A stretch of 36,917 bases of DNA from positions 1 to 36,917 of the IMG/VR virus record IMGVR_UViG_3300031451_000008; one strand, 5' to 3'. Both the position numbers and the translations under genes were made by a program. The first letter of the stretch is position 1, and each line of letters begins with the position of its first letter. The stretch comes from a virus (Duplodnaviria > Caudoviricetes). This document shows, piece after piece, positions 15,556 to 24,393 of this stretch. Below the pieces are notes generated by a model. That model was given only the letters and a program-made list of their open reading frames with translations, did not search any database and was not told the origin of the DNA.

Positions 15556-17892
15556 ATGACGTACCAATCCGCCGTGCTAGCCTCGTCCGGCTTGGTCGCC
15601 TACTGGAAACTCGACGAGACGAGCGGCACGAGCTTCGCGGACAGCAAGGGGACGTATACCGGGTCGATGGTCGGGTCGGGCTTCACGCTCGGCGTTGCCT
15701 CGGCCTATACGGGCATGGGGACGGCGGTCGCGTTCTCTGCCGGGACCGCCGAGATCGATGCGGCGATCGCCTCCGCCGCGATAACCGGCGGCTCGCTCAC
15801 GATGGCCGCCTGGGTCAACCTGACCAGCACCTCCCCGGCGCAGTTCGGCCACATCTGCGGCTTCCGCGACAACTCCGATTTTTACATGCTGCAACTCGGC
15901 AGCACGCTCGAGTGTCGCCTGCGCCCGAGCAACGGGGCGCAGGTGGACCTCACCCCCACGGTCGGGGCGGGCGCGTGGCATCACGTCGTGATGGTCTACG
16001 ACCAGACCGCAGGGACGTATACCGTCTACGTCGATAAGGCCGCGACGAGCGCGACCGGGGCGACGGGCAGCTTCACCGACGCCACGCAGACGTTCAGCAT
16101 CGGCGGGCATAACAGCAGCAATCGCCTCGCGGGCAACGTTGACGAGGTGGCGCTCTGGAATCGCGCGCTCTCCGCGACCGAGGTTGCCGCGCTCTACGAC
16201 GCGGCGAGCGCGACCGCCGTTTCCGGCGCCGATACCGCGACCGGGGCCGACGCGGCGACCACCACCAGCGCGCGTACACAGGCCGACACCGCGACCGCGA
16301 CCGATGCGAGTGCGTTGTCCTCCGCGCGCACCGTCGCCGACACCGCGACAGGCACGCAAGGATCAAGTCTCAGCACCGCGCGCACGACGACCGACACGGC
16401 GACCGGGACGCAAGCGGCGTCGGTGGCGACGGCGTTCGCCGCGAGCGATAGCGCCAGCGGGCTAGATGCGCCCCAGATTACGGCGACTGTAACGGCGGGC
16501 AATGCTGCAGTCGCCAGCGACTCTACGCAGATCGCGGCGAACGTGGCGGGGGCCGACGCGGCAGCAGGCGCGGATTCCGGTGTTGTCACCGTGTCCGGCA
16601 CGGCGGTCCAGGCGAGCGACATCGCGACCGCCGCCGACGCGACGAGCGTATCGACGGCGGCCCTCGGGACAGATACGGCGAGCAGTGCCGACGCCGCGCA
16701 GGTCGCCGTCAGCGGCACGGTCGGCGATACGGCGACAGGGGACGACCTCGCGAGCGTCGTCGTGGCGCTCGCGGGCGCTGACGGGGCGAGCGGCGCGGAT
16801 AGCGCGTCTGTGCAGGTCGTCGGGCTGGCTGTTTCGGCGAGCGATAGCGCGACGGGGGGCGATGCGGCGACGCTGGCGGCCGGGGCGACGATCGCCGATA
16901 GCGCCACGATGTCGGACGCCCCGCAACTCGCGACAAGCGCCATCTTCGGTAACGCCGCGAGCGCGGCCGACACCGGCAGCGTGGCCGCAGCGGCACCCCT
17001 CGCTGACACCGCCGTGGCGAGCGATGTGGCGACCAGCACCGCCACGGTCAGCGGCGCGGACGGCGCAAACGCGACGGACACGGGCAACGTCGCCGTCACG
17101 GGCACCAGCCCGACAGTCGGGGATACCGCCACGGCGGTCGAGTCTGGGACCATCGCTGCGATCATGGCCTACGGCGACGCCGCCACGGGGGCGGATACGC
17201 CCGTAGTACTGGCGCAGTCGGTCATCGCGGATGGCGGTGCGGGCAGCGACTCCGCGAGTGTCGTCGTGGATTGGGCTGTCACCGATACCACCCTCGCGAG
17301 CGATAGCGTGTCCACGACGAGCACCCGCACCGTCGCGCAAGCCGCCTCGGGTACGGATGCGGGCGCGGCGGGCGCGGTCGCATCCGCCGCGGATGCCGGG
17401 GCGGGTGTCGATGGTGCGGTTGTCCTCGTCGCCCACATCGTCGGGGATGGCGCACTGGCGATCGATGCGAACGGCGTGGTGGTCAGTCGTGCGGTGGCCG
17501 AGAGCGCCGCCGCGATCGACGTGGCACGTGTCGATGTGATGGCTTTCACGCTCTACCCCAGCGCTATCCCCGCGCGCGCGGACGGGCAGACGCTGATCCT
17601 CACCGGGGCGGGCTTCGCGACGACCGACACCGTGCGCCTCGACGGGGACAGCCGCGCGACGACGTACGTGAGCGCGACGACGCTGACCGCCGTGCTGCTG
17701 CAACCGGACCTCGCGGCCCCGCAGACGCGCACGGTGACGGTGGCGAAGGCGGGCGGCGCGGTGAGCGGCGCGGCCACCCTGACGATCGGGGCCGCGCCCC
17801 CCGTGTTCCCCGCCGCGCCGCCCTGGTTACCGGTCGTCGGGCGAGCCTATGGGAGCGGCACCTACGGTAGCGGTACTTACGGAGGGACGTGA
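15556..17892 (+). CDS. LamG-like + 18-aa repeat + IPT/TIG-like fibre/structural protein
   Basis: 'GLVAYWKLDE.SGT','WHHVVMVYD','G.VDEVALWNRALSA.EV' (LamG); ~24 D-x-A-x3-D repeats; 'LILTGAGF.....V..DG....TTYVSAT.LTA' (IPT/TIG); ends YGSGTYGSGTYG. Confidence 0.8.
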   Translation: MTYQSAVLASSGLVAYWKLDETSGTSFADSKGTYTGSMVGSGFTLGVASAYTGMGTAVAFSAGTAEIDAAIASAAITGGSLTMAAWVNLTSTSPAQFGHICGFRDNSDFYMLQLGSTLECRLRPSNGAQVDLTPTVGAGAWHHVVMVYDQTAGTYTVYVDKAATSATGATGSFTDATQTFSIGGHNSSNRLAGNVDEVALWNRALSATEVAALYDAASATAVSGADTATGADAATTTSARTQADTATATDASALSSARTVADTATGTQGSSLSTARTTTDTATGTQAASVATAFAASDSASGLDAPQITATVTAGNAAVASDSTQIAANVAGADAAAGADSGVVTVSGTAVQASDIATAADATSVSTAALGTDTASSADAAQVAVSGTVGDTATGDDLASVVVALAGADGASGADSASVQVVGLAVSASDSATGGDAATLAAGATIADSATMSDAPQLATSAIFGNAASAADTGSVAAAAPLADTAVASDVATSTATVSGADGANATDTGNVAVTGTSPTVGDTATAVESGTIAAIMAYGDAATGADTPVVLAQSVIADGGAGSDSASVVVDWAVTDTTLASDSVSTTSTRTVAQAASGTDAGAAGAVASAADAGAGVDGAVVLVAHIVGDGALAIDANGVVVSRAVAESAAAIDVARVDVMAFTLYPSAIPARADGQTLILTGAGFATTDTVRLDGDSRATTYVSATTLTAVLLQPDLAAPQTRTVTVAKAGGAVSGAATLTIGAAPPVFPAAPPWLPVVGRAYGSGTYGSGTYGGT

Positions 17893-20800
17893 TCATGCCA
17901 CGCAAACCGAGCGTCAGCGGGGACGGGAACGCCTGGGGCCAGGTGCTCAACGATTACCTCGATGTCGCGCACAATCTCGACGGCACGCTGAAAACGGCGC
18001 TGATCACCGGGCCACAGGGCATCCCCGGCCCGCCGGGCGGCGGCGCGGGACTCGCTGGCGTCAACACCCCGCAGGCGGTCGCCTATGCCGCCACCATCGC
18101 CCCTGCGCTGGCATCCGGCGACATCGTGAAGGTGGGCGCGCTGACCGGGCCGCTGGCGGTTGCGGCACCGACCGGCTACGCGGCGGGGCGGGCGACGCTG
18201 ACGCTGATCTTGACGCAGGATGCGACCGGGGGGCGCGCGCTGACGTTCGATCCGATCTATCTCGGCGTCCCGACCCTCGCCACCACGGCGAACCTGACCA
18301 CGGTGCTGATGTTCGCCTCGGACGGCACGAGCTGGTACCTGCGCTCGCTGACGACGATCGCGGGCACGGCTCCGGGAACGCCGCCCGCAACGCCCGTCAC
18401 GACCTATTACGGCACGCTGCCCTACGAGGGCGCGGACGACAGCGCGTTCTACGCCGCGCTGGTGGCGGCGGGCGCGACGACCTACCCGCTATCGGTCCAG
18501 TGGGCGACCACCGAGGCGACCAAAGGCACGTACGACTTCTCGGCGGCGCTCACGAAGAAGAACGCGCTGATCGCGGCGGGGCTGATCCCGGTCCTCGGCC
18601 TGCACGCGCACTACTACCCGGCCTGGGTCACGACCGACGGCGCGACGAGCGCCGCCGCGCAGTACAAGAATCAGACGGGGGCGCTCGCCACCGACACCGA
18701 CGCGAGCGCCAACGTGGTGTTCAGCCAGCAGATACGCGACCGCATCGCCCTGTGGGTCGCGGCGCTGGCGTCCGCGCTCGGCACGACCGGCTGGGCGGCG
18801 ATCCGCCCGCCCGCGCTGGTCTACGGCGAGTGGTCCTACCCGCACGTCGTCACGAATAACGACTACTGGGCCTACGACGTCTTCGCGCAGGCGACGAGCG
18901 CCGTGACGGGGCGGGTCGCCACGGGGCGCATCCCGCTCTGCCCGGTCCCCGGCTGGACTCCCGGCACCGGGACCGCCGCGCAGGCGGGGCAGTTCGCCGA
19001 CTGGTACATCGACGCCCTGACGGACACGATGCGCTGGTCCTGCGAGACGGTCGTCGCCAGTTTCCCCGGCACGATCCCGATCCTGATGCTGCACCCCTCG
19101 TTCGGCACGCGCGACACGCAGTACGCCGATGCCAAGGCGGCGCGGCTGGATGGCACGTCCACCCAGGCGGGCGAGGTCCGGGCGGGCGTGGTCTGGGAGC
19201 GCAGCATCCCGGCGATCTGCGCCAGCCCCGGCGGCGGCGTCCCGCTCTCTCGCGTCGTCCACGGCTCATCGTGGGCCGATTGCCCGTATGCGGGCGGCAC
19301 CGGCGTCGGTTACAACCCCACGCGCGACCCCTATAGCACGGTGACCGCGCTTGCGGCGGCGGCGGGCGCGACGAAGTTCTACATGGAGACGACGGGCGGT
19401 GCGGCCAGACAGAATATCGTGCGGGTGTTCGAGCGCGCGCGCCGTCGCCGCCCGTACATGATCATCATGGCGTTTAGCGGGCAATACCTCGGGGCGAGCA
19501 ACGTCCAGGCGCTCGCGGACCTGCAAGACGCCATCGCGCTCGACAAGCTCTACCCGACGACGGCGCTCGACGCCGCGATCCTGTTCCATGCCATGAATAT
19601 CCACGCCGCACAGCGCAAGGCCGATCAGTGGGGCGTGCGGTTGCTGATCGGCGAGCACGGCGTCGCCAACAACGGCACCTGGAATGGCCTGTTCGATCGG
19701 ACCTACACGCTGTTCGATGACCATAACGATCACGTCACCGCGTGGGCCTCGTTCCTCGACACCAGCAACCCGCTCGCCATCTACAAGGCGTCATCGAGCG
19801 GCTTCAAGACCGATACGGCCACGACGTTGGCGACCGTGGTCGAGGCGCACCCCGACACGACCGCACGGCGACGCGGCGTCAACCTCTCCGGGGCGGAGGG
19901 CGGCTTCGACCGCAACGCCACCACGGCCAACAGCATGAGCAATTTCAATCCCGGCGTGCGCGGCACCGACTACGCCTACCCCGCCAGCGCCGACATCGCC
20001 TACCTCGCGGGGCGGGGCGTGAAGGTCGCGCGCTTGCCGTTCGTCGCGGAACGCCTGTTCACCGACCAGACCGGCGCGACCTTCCGCACGGCGGAGCAGG
20101 CGGCGCTCGGCGCGGTGCTCGACGCGTGCGCCGCGAACGGGATCGCGGTCATCCTCGACATGCACAATTACGGGCGTTTCCGCTACGCGCCCGACGCGAC
20201 GACGGCGGTCAGTATCCGCACCCTCGGCACCGGCTGGACGGCGGCGCAGCACAACGCGATGTGGGTGGCGATCGCCAACTGGCTCGCGGGCGGGGCGACG
20301 AGCCGCGCGAACGCGGTGCTCGGCTACAGCCACAACGAGCCGTACAACCTCGGCAGCACGACCGGCGCGTTCACCCCGACCGTCTCCGACACCTTCGACA
20401 GCACCGTGCAGGGCTGGAGCGTCGGCGGCGCGGGGGGCGCGGCCTCCTGGCAGGCGGGCGGCTTCCTCCGCGTGACGCGCACGATGGGCGCGACCGTCAA
20501 CGCGACCGAGACGATCCAGGCCGAGCGCGGCAACCGGGGCGACACCGGGACGACGCCGGGGGCCGGCTTCCAGGCGAGCATCAAGCGGATCGATACCAGC
20601 GGCGGGAGCGCGCAGGCCAAGCTCCAATACCAGGACGCGGGCTATGGCGCGGTGGACCTCGGCGGGAATGTCGCCGTGACGGGGGCGGCGATCGCCGCGC
20701 TCGCCGGGAATGGCACCATCCCGGCCACCGCGCGCAACCAATTCATCGCGATCACGATCACCAATCCGGTCGCCAACGCCACCTACACGTTCGACATCGA

Positions 20801-21098
20801 CTACTGGCAGCAGGGGTCGGTGACGGGCGGCGGCTCGATCCACGAGTCGGTATTCGCGTCCTGGGTCACGGCGGTCCAGGCGGTCGATAGCGTGCGGACG
20901 CTCTACGTCCCCGCCGCCGAGTACAGCAGCCTCAGCGGGCTCGGGGTCAACCATCCGGGCGCGACGCCCTTCTTCACGGTCAACGCGCGCACAGTGCTGG
21001 AACTGCACTCCTACTACGATTTGACCGGCAGCCAGTACAGCGGCACTTACAGCGGGACGTATCTCGCCACGCGCGACTACGCGGGAGGCTATCAGTGA
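17889..21098 (+). CDS. Tail-associated protein with two glycoside hydrolase barrels (GH42-like and GH5-like)
   Basis: N-terminal 'WGQVLNDYL..AHN.DGTLK', short collagen GPQGIPGPPG, 'LTQDATGGR.LTF'; GH42-like 'W...E...G.YDF...HYYPAWV'; GH5 'GVNLSGAE','RLPF..ERL','ILDMHNY','NEP'. Confidence 0.8.
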   Translation: MIMPRKPSVSGDGNAWGQVLNDYLDVAHNLDGTLKTALITGPQGIPGPPGGGAGLAGVNTPQAVAYAATIAPALASGDIVKVGALTGPLAVAAPTGYAAGRATLTLILTQDATGGRALTFDPIYLGVPTLATTANLTTVLMFASDGTSWYLRSLTTIAGTAPGTPPATPVTTYYGTLPYEGADDSAFYAALVAAGATTYPLSVQWATTEATKGTYDFSAALTKKNALIAAGLIPVLGLHAHYYPAWVTTDGATSAAAQYKNQTGALATDTDASANVVFSQQIRDRIALWVAALASALGTTGWAAIRPPALVYGEWSYPHVVTNNDYWAYDVFAQATSAVTGRVATGRIPLCPVPGWTPGTGTAAQAGQFADWYIDALTDTMRWSCETVVASFPGTIPILMLHPSFGTRDTQYADAKAARLDGTSTQAGEVRAGVVWERSIPAICASPGGGVPLSRVVHGSSWADCPYAGGTGVGYNPTRDPYSTVTALAAAAGATKFYMETTGGAARQNIVRVFERARRRRPYMIIMAFSGQYLGASNVQALADLQDAIALDKLYPTTALDAAILFHAMNIHAAQRKADQWGVRLLIGEHGVANNGTWNGLFDRTYTLFDDHNDHVTAWASFLDTSNPLAIYKASSSGFKTDTATTLATVVEAHPDTTARRRGVNLSGAEGGFDRNATTANSMSNFNPGVRGTDYAYPASADIAYLAGRGVKVARLPFVAERLFTDQTGATFRTAEQAALGAVLDACAANGIAVILDMHNYGRFRYAPDATTAVSIRTLGTGWTAAQHNAMWVAIANWLAGGATSRANAVLGYSHNEPYNLGSTTGAFTPTVSDTFDSTVQGWSVGGAGGAASWQAGGFLRVTRTMGATVNATETIQAERGNRGDTGTTPGAGFQASIKRIDTSGGSAQAKLQYQDAGYGAVDLGGNVAVTGAAIAALAGNGTIPATARNQFIAITITNPVANATYTFDIDYWQQGSVTGGGSIHESVFASWVTAVQAVDSVRTLYVPAAEYSSLSGLGVNHPGATPFFTVNARTVLELHSYYDLTGSQYSGTYSGTYLATRDYAGGYQ

Positions 21099-21352
21099 TG
21101 GGTCCGCTGACCGCCGCCAGCCATCGCGCGTACCGCCTCAGCACGCGACAGATCGCCATGCTGTGCCGCGCCGCCGAGGGCTGGACCAACCCCATGATCG
21201 CGCGGGAGTGGGGCTTGTCCCCTATCACGGTGCGGCAGGATCTGAGCGTGGCGTACCGGACGCTCGGCGTCAACGACCGCACCGCCGCCGTGGTGGCGCT
21301 GGTGATCGCGGCGCTGCGCGACGTGGCGTGCGAGCGGGGGGTGGCGCGATGA
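21098..21352 (+). CDS. Stand-alone LuxR/GerE-type HTH protein
   Basis: 'LSTRQ..ML...AEG.TN..IA..WGLS..TV...L..AY..LGV.DRTAAV'; start and stop overlap both neighbours. Confidence 0.85.
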   Translation: MGPLTAASHRAYRLSTRQIAMLCRAAEGWTNPMIAREWGLSPITVRQDLSVAYRTLGVNDRTAAVVALVIAALRDVACERGVAR

Positions 21353-24300
21353 GCGGCACACTGACCGGCACTGTACTTGCTGCGGCGGTCGATCTTGCGA
21401 CCGCCGTGCAGGACGGGCACGAGATCGCCTTCTATCTCTCCAACCTCCCGCGCGGCGAACTGGACGAGGCGGCGATCGTCGCGGGCTGGCTGCCCGGCGC
21501 GGGGTGGACCGATGTGACCGGGGAGATCCTGCTGTCGGCGGGGGCGGAGGTGGCGCACGACGGCGTCGGCCACACTATCACCTTCACCGTCGCCGACGAG
21601 TCGCGCACGCGCTACGCGGACGATCTCGCCATCGCCGTGATCGCACGGCACTGGTTCCCGTCAGCGGCGGCGTGGGGCGGGTATCACCTGATTGCCTGGG
21701 GCTACCTCGACGGGAGCGACCGGCAACGCCTCGGGCAGGGCCTCGACCAGACCGGCCAGCGCACGGCCACCTACGCCGGGTATTGGGGCAAGGCGCGCGT
21801 CCCGGCGGTGCGGCTGGGCCGGCGAAACCTCGCGACCTCGGCGACGGTCGCCGCCTCGTCGCCCGCCCTGGCGACGCCCGCCGCCGAGTCGCCGGTCGAG
21901 TACGTCAGCCAGGACGATTGCGCGGCGCAGAAGCTGATCGACGGGAACGCCGACACCGTGGCGGTCGCGGACGTGATCGCCGATCCCGCGCAGCCCGCCA
22001 TCGGCGATACCAGCTGGCCCCGCTTCCTGCGCGTCTACGGCCCGCAGCAGCGCGGCGTGGCGGTCGGCGGGGAGCCGCGCTTCGTCGAGGTCTGGTTCGG
22101 GCACAACGCGACCTCGTGGGGCGGCTTCGATTCGCCGGGCGCGGTGCCCTCCCTCGGCCCCGACTCCGGCAACAACGTCCGCAACGACGGCCAGGTGATC
22201 AGCAGTATCGTCGGCAGCAAGTACGTGGTGCGCGCGCTGGCGCAGGGGAGCACCACGACGAACGGCGTGCAATGGAATCTGGCGATCGGGCAGTACGGCA
22301 TCCCGGTCAAGGTGGTCTTCCGGGTCAAGGCGGGCAGCACGGCGAGTATCGGACGATCGATGATGTTCTCCTGGCAGATCTATCAGGGGAGCCGCACCGA
22401 CACCGCGATCGTCCTGACCGATACCTTCACGGAATGGTCGTTCGATATCGACCTCGCCGCGACGAGCGATCTGCTGGTGCTGGCCTTCCAGAGCGGGCGC
22501 GGCGAGGTGCTGTCGCAGGATCTGTACTTCGAGATCGACAGCCTCGCGGTGTGGCAGGGCTACGACGATCTGCACCATGCCACGCTCAACGGCTACCAGA
22601 AGCTCTTCCTCTGCTGGGACAACGGGGCGGGGGTCGAGCGGAATCAGCGCGTCGCCTTCGGGTTGATCCCCGGCGAGCAGTGGACGATCCCCCCGCTCGG
22701 CAGCGTCGTCTTCTGCGACGACATCCCGACCTTCAAGGCGAAGTTCGGGGACACCGGCAAGACGCTCTTCCAGATGAAGGCCGACAACGCCGCCTGGTTC
22801 TTCGCGCCCGGCGTGGGGCGGCTGAAACTCGCCTACGGCACGAACCCGAGCCTGACCGACTACGACGATCCGGGCCTCGTCACGGCGGGCGCGGGCGCGG
22901 AGATCGACTTCGCGGCGGCGAATGGCGGCGTCCCCTGGCTCCCGACGCAGGCGCTCAGTCGCAACGCCGCGCCGGTCGGCACGAGCACCATGACCGTCGA
23001 GGATTTCCCCCACCTGGGCCTCCTGCCGGGCGCGTATGGCGCGGCGTACTGGTGGCTCGACCTGGGCGCGTACACCGCGCTGAAGCTCACCATGCCGGTC
23101 CCCGCAGGCGCGACGACGCTGCCGGTGGACAATATCGACGCCTACACCGCCCAGGGCTTCGCCACGGTGATGCCCGCGAACGGGCGCGTCTGGTGGATCG
23201 GCAAGACCGAAGACTCCTTGATCCTGCACGACCCGTTGCAAGCGGCGCACGCGGCGGGGGATGCCGTGATCCCGGACGGCTGGGGCGGCTCGTTGCAGAA
23301 CAACGGCACGAAACAGACCGGCTGGAATATCGACACGATCGAGATCCGCCGCAAGCCGGGGACGCCGCTGATCCTGGCGGGCGCGGTCCTCACCTCCAAC
23401 CAGCTCGGGCCGGGCAACCCGAGCACGGGCGGCGCGAAGTGGGAGAACCACCCCGACTGGCGGCTGGTGCAGCGCTTCGCCGACCGGCAGGGCAACCCCG
23501 ACGTGATCACGATGACGCTGCCGGAGGGGATCCGCGAGGCGCGGCACGTCCTCGTCGTCGTCGATCGCATGGATCGCTATCGGGGCCAGCCGCAGCGGGC
23601 GAAAATCAACGAGGTCGTGATCCGGGAGGCGGCGCTGGCCGGGTCGCAGGGCGGCGGCTGGTCGGGGCGGAATGCCGGCGACCTGGGCGGCGTGCTCGGC
23701 TACCTGCTGCGCGCCTACGGCGACATGCCCGCGAGCAAGGTCGCGCTGGCGACCGGAGCGGACGGTTACACCCCGATCGGGACGCCGCCCATCGGCGACC
23801 TGCCGATCGCGCCGACGAGCCTGCAACAGGCGGTGCAGACGGTCGCCGCGTCCGGGCTGCTGGCGGTGCGCCTGGACAGCGCCAACGTCGCGACCATCGA
23901 CGCCGACCCCGCGTCGCCCGCCTACACCGCCACCGCGCCGGTGTGGACGCTGACGCTCGACAACCTTCTCGGCGACGTCTCCCTGACCTGGACGACCGCG
24001 CATCAGGTCGCGCAGGTGAAGGTCACGGCGCGCGAGACGGCGAGCCTACGGACCTACGCCGTGGCCTATCCACGGCGGCCGGCGCGCCTCGGGTCGGTGA
24101 CAGAGATCCGCGACGTGACCGTGCGGAGCGCCTTCGACGTGTACCCGCTCGCCGAGGCGGCGTACCGGAAGGGCAATGCGCGGCGGCAATTGAGCGCGAC
24201 CACCGGGGCGCTGCCGTTCCTCCAGGCGGGGCAACGCTTCCTGCTCGATCTCGGCGAGATCGACGCGGGCGGCAACGCGATCGGCGTCAACTTCGTGATC

Positions 24301-24384
24301 GCGAACTATGCGATCAAGCTCGGCGTGGACGATGGCGGCGTCTCGTGGGACTGCTCCATCAGCCTCAACGAATTGCCACTGTAA
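21349..24384 (+). CDS. Baseplate hub/Tal-like tail protein with inserted domains
   Basis: ATG 21349 (ATGA overlap); ~1011 aa; C-terminal 'LPFLQAGQRF.LD......NF.I.......' hub-like end; position before tail tip. Confidence 0.6.
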   Translation: MSGTLTGTVLAAAVDLATAVQDGHEIAFYLSNLPRGELDEAAIVAGWLPGAGWTDVTGEILLSAGAEVAHDGVGHTITFTVADESRTRYADDLAIAVIARHWFPSAAAWGGYHLIAWGYLDGSDRQRLGQGLDQTGQRTATYAGYWGKARVPAVRLGRRNLATSATVAASSPALATPAAESPVEYVSQDDCAAQKLIDGNADTVAVADVIADPAQPAIGDTSWPRFLRVYGPQQRGVAVGGEPRFVEVWFGHNATSWGGFDSPGAVPSLGPDSGNNVRNDGQVISSIVGSKYVVRALAQGSTTTNGVQWNLAIGQYGIPVKVVFRVKAGSTASIGRSMMFSWQIYQGSRTDTAIVLTDTFTEWSFDIDLAATSDLLVLAFQSGRGEVLSQDLYFEIDSLAVWQGYDDLHHATLNGYQKLFLCWDNGAGVERNQRVAFGLIPGEQWTIPPLGSVVFCDDIPTFKAKFGDTGKTLFQMKADNAAWFFAPGVGRLKLAYGTNPSLTDYDDPGLVTAGAGAEIDFAAANGGVPWLPTQALSRNAAPVGTSTMTVEDFPHLGLLPGAYGAAYWWLDLGAYTALKLTMPVPAGATTLPVDNIDAYTAQGFATVMPANGRVWWIGKTEDSLILHDPLQAAHAAGDAVIPDGWGGSLQNNGTKQTGWNIDTIEIRRKPGTPLILAGAVLTSNQLGPGNPSTGGAKWENHPDWRLVQRFADRQGNPDVITMTLPEGIREARHVLVVVDRMDRYRGQPQRAKINEVVIREAALAGSQGGGWSGRNAGDLGGVLGYLLRAYGDMPASKVALATGADGYTPIGTPPIGDLPIAPTSLQQAVQTVAASGLLAVRLDSANVATIDADPASPAYTATAPVWTLTLDNLLGDVSLTWTTAHQVAQVKVTARETASLRTYAVAYPRRPARLGSVTEIRDVTVRSAFDVYPLAEAAYRKGNARRQLSATTGALPFLQAGQRFLLDLGEIDAGGNAIGVNFVIANYAIKLGVDDGGVSWDCSISLNELPL

Positions 24385-24393
24385 GGGGTAGGG

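Noticed and set aside
16219-17541. 54-nt periodicity as CRISPR or DGR template/variable repeats
   Set aside because: Repeats are degenerate and protein-level; no cas or reverse transcriptase gene, no adenine-specific variant pair
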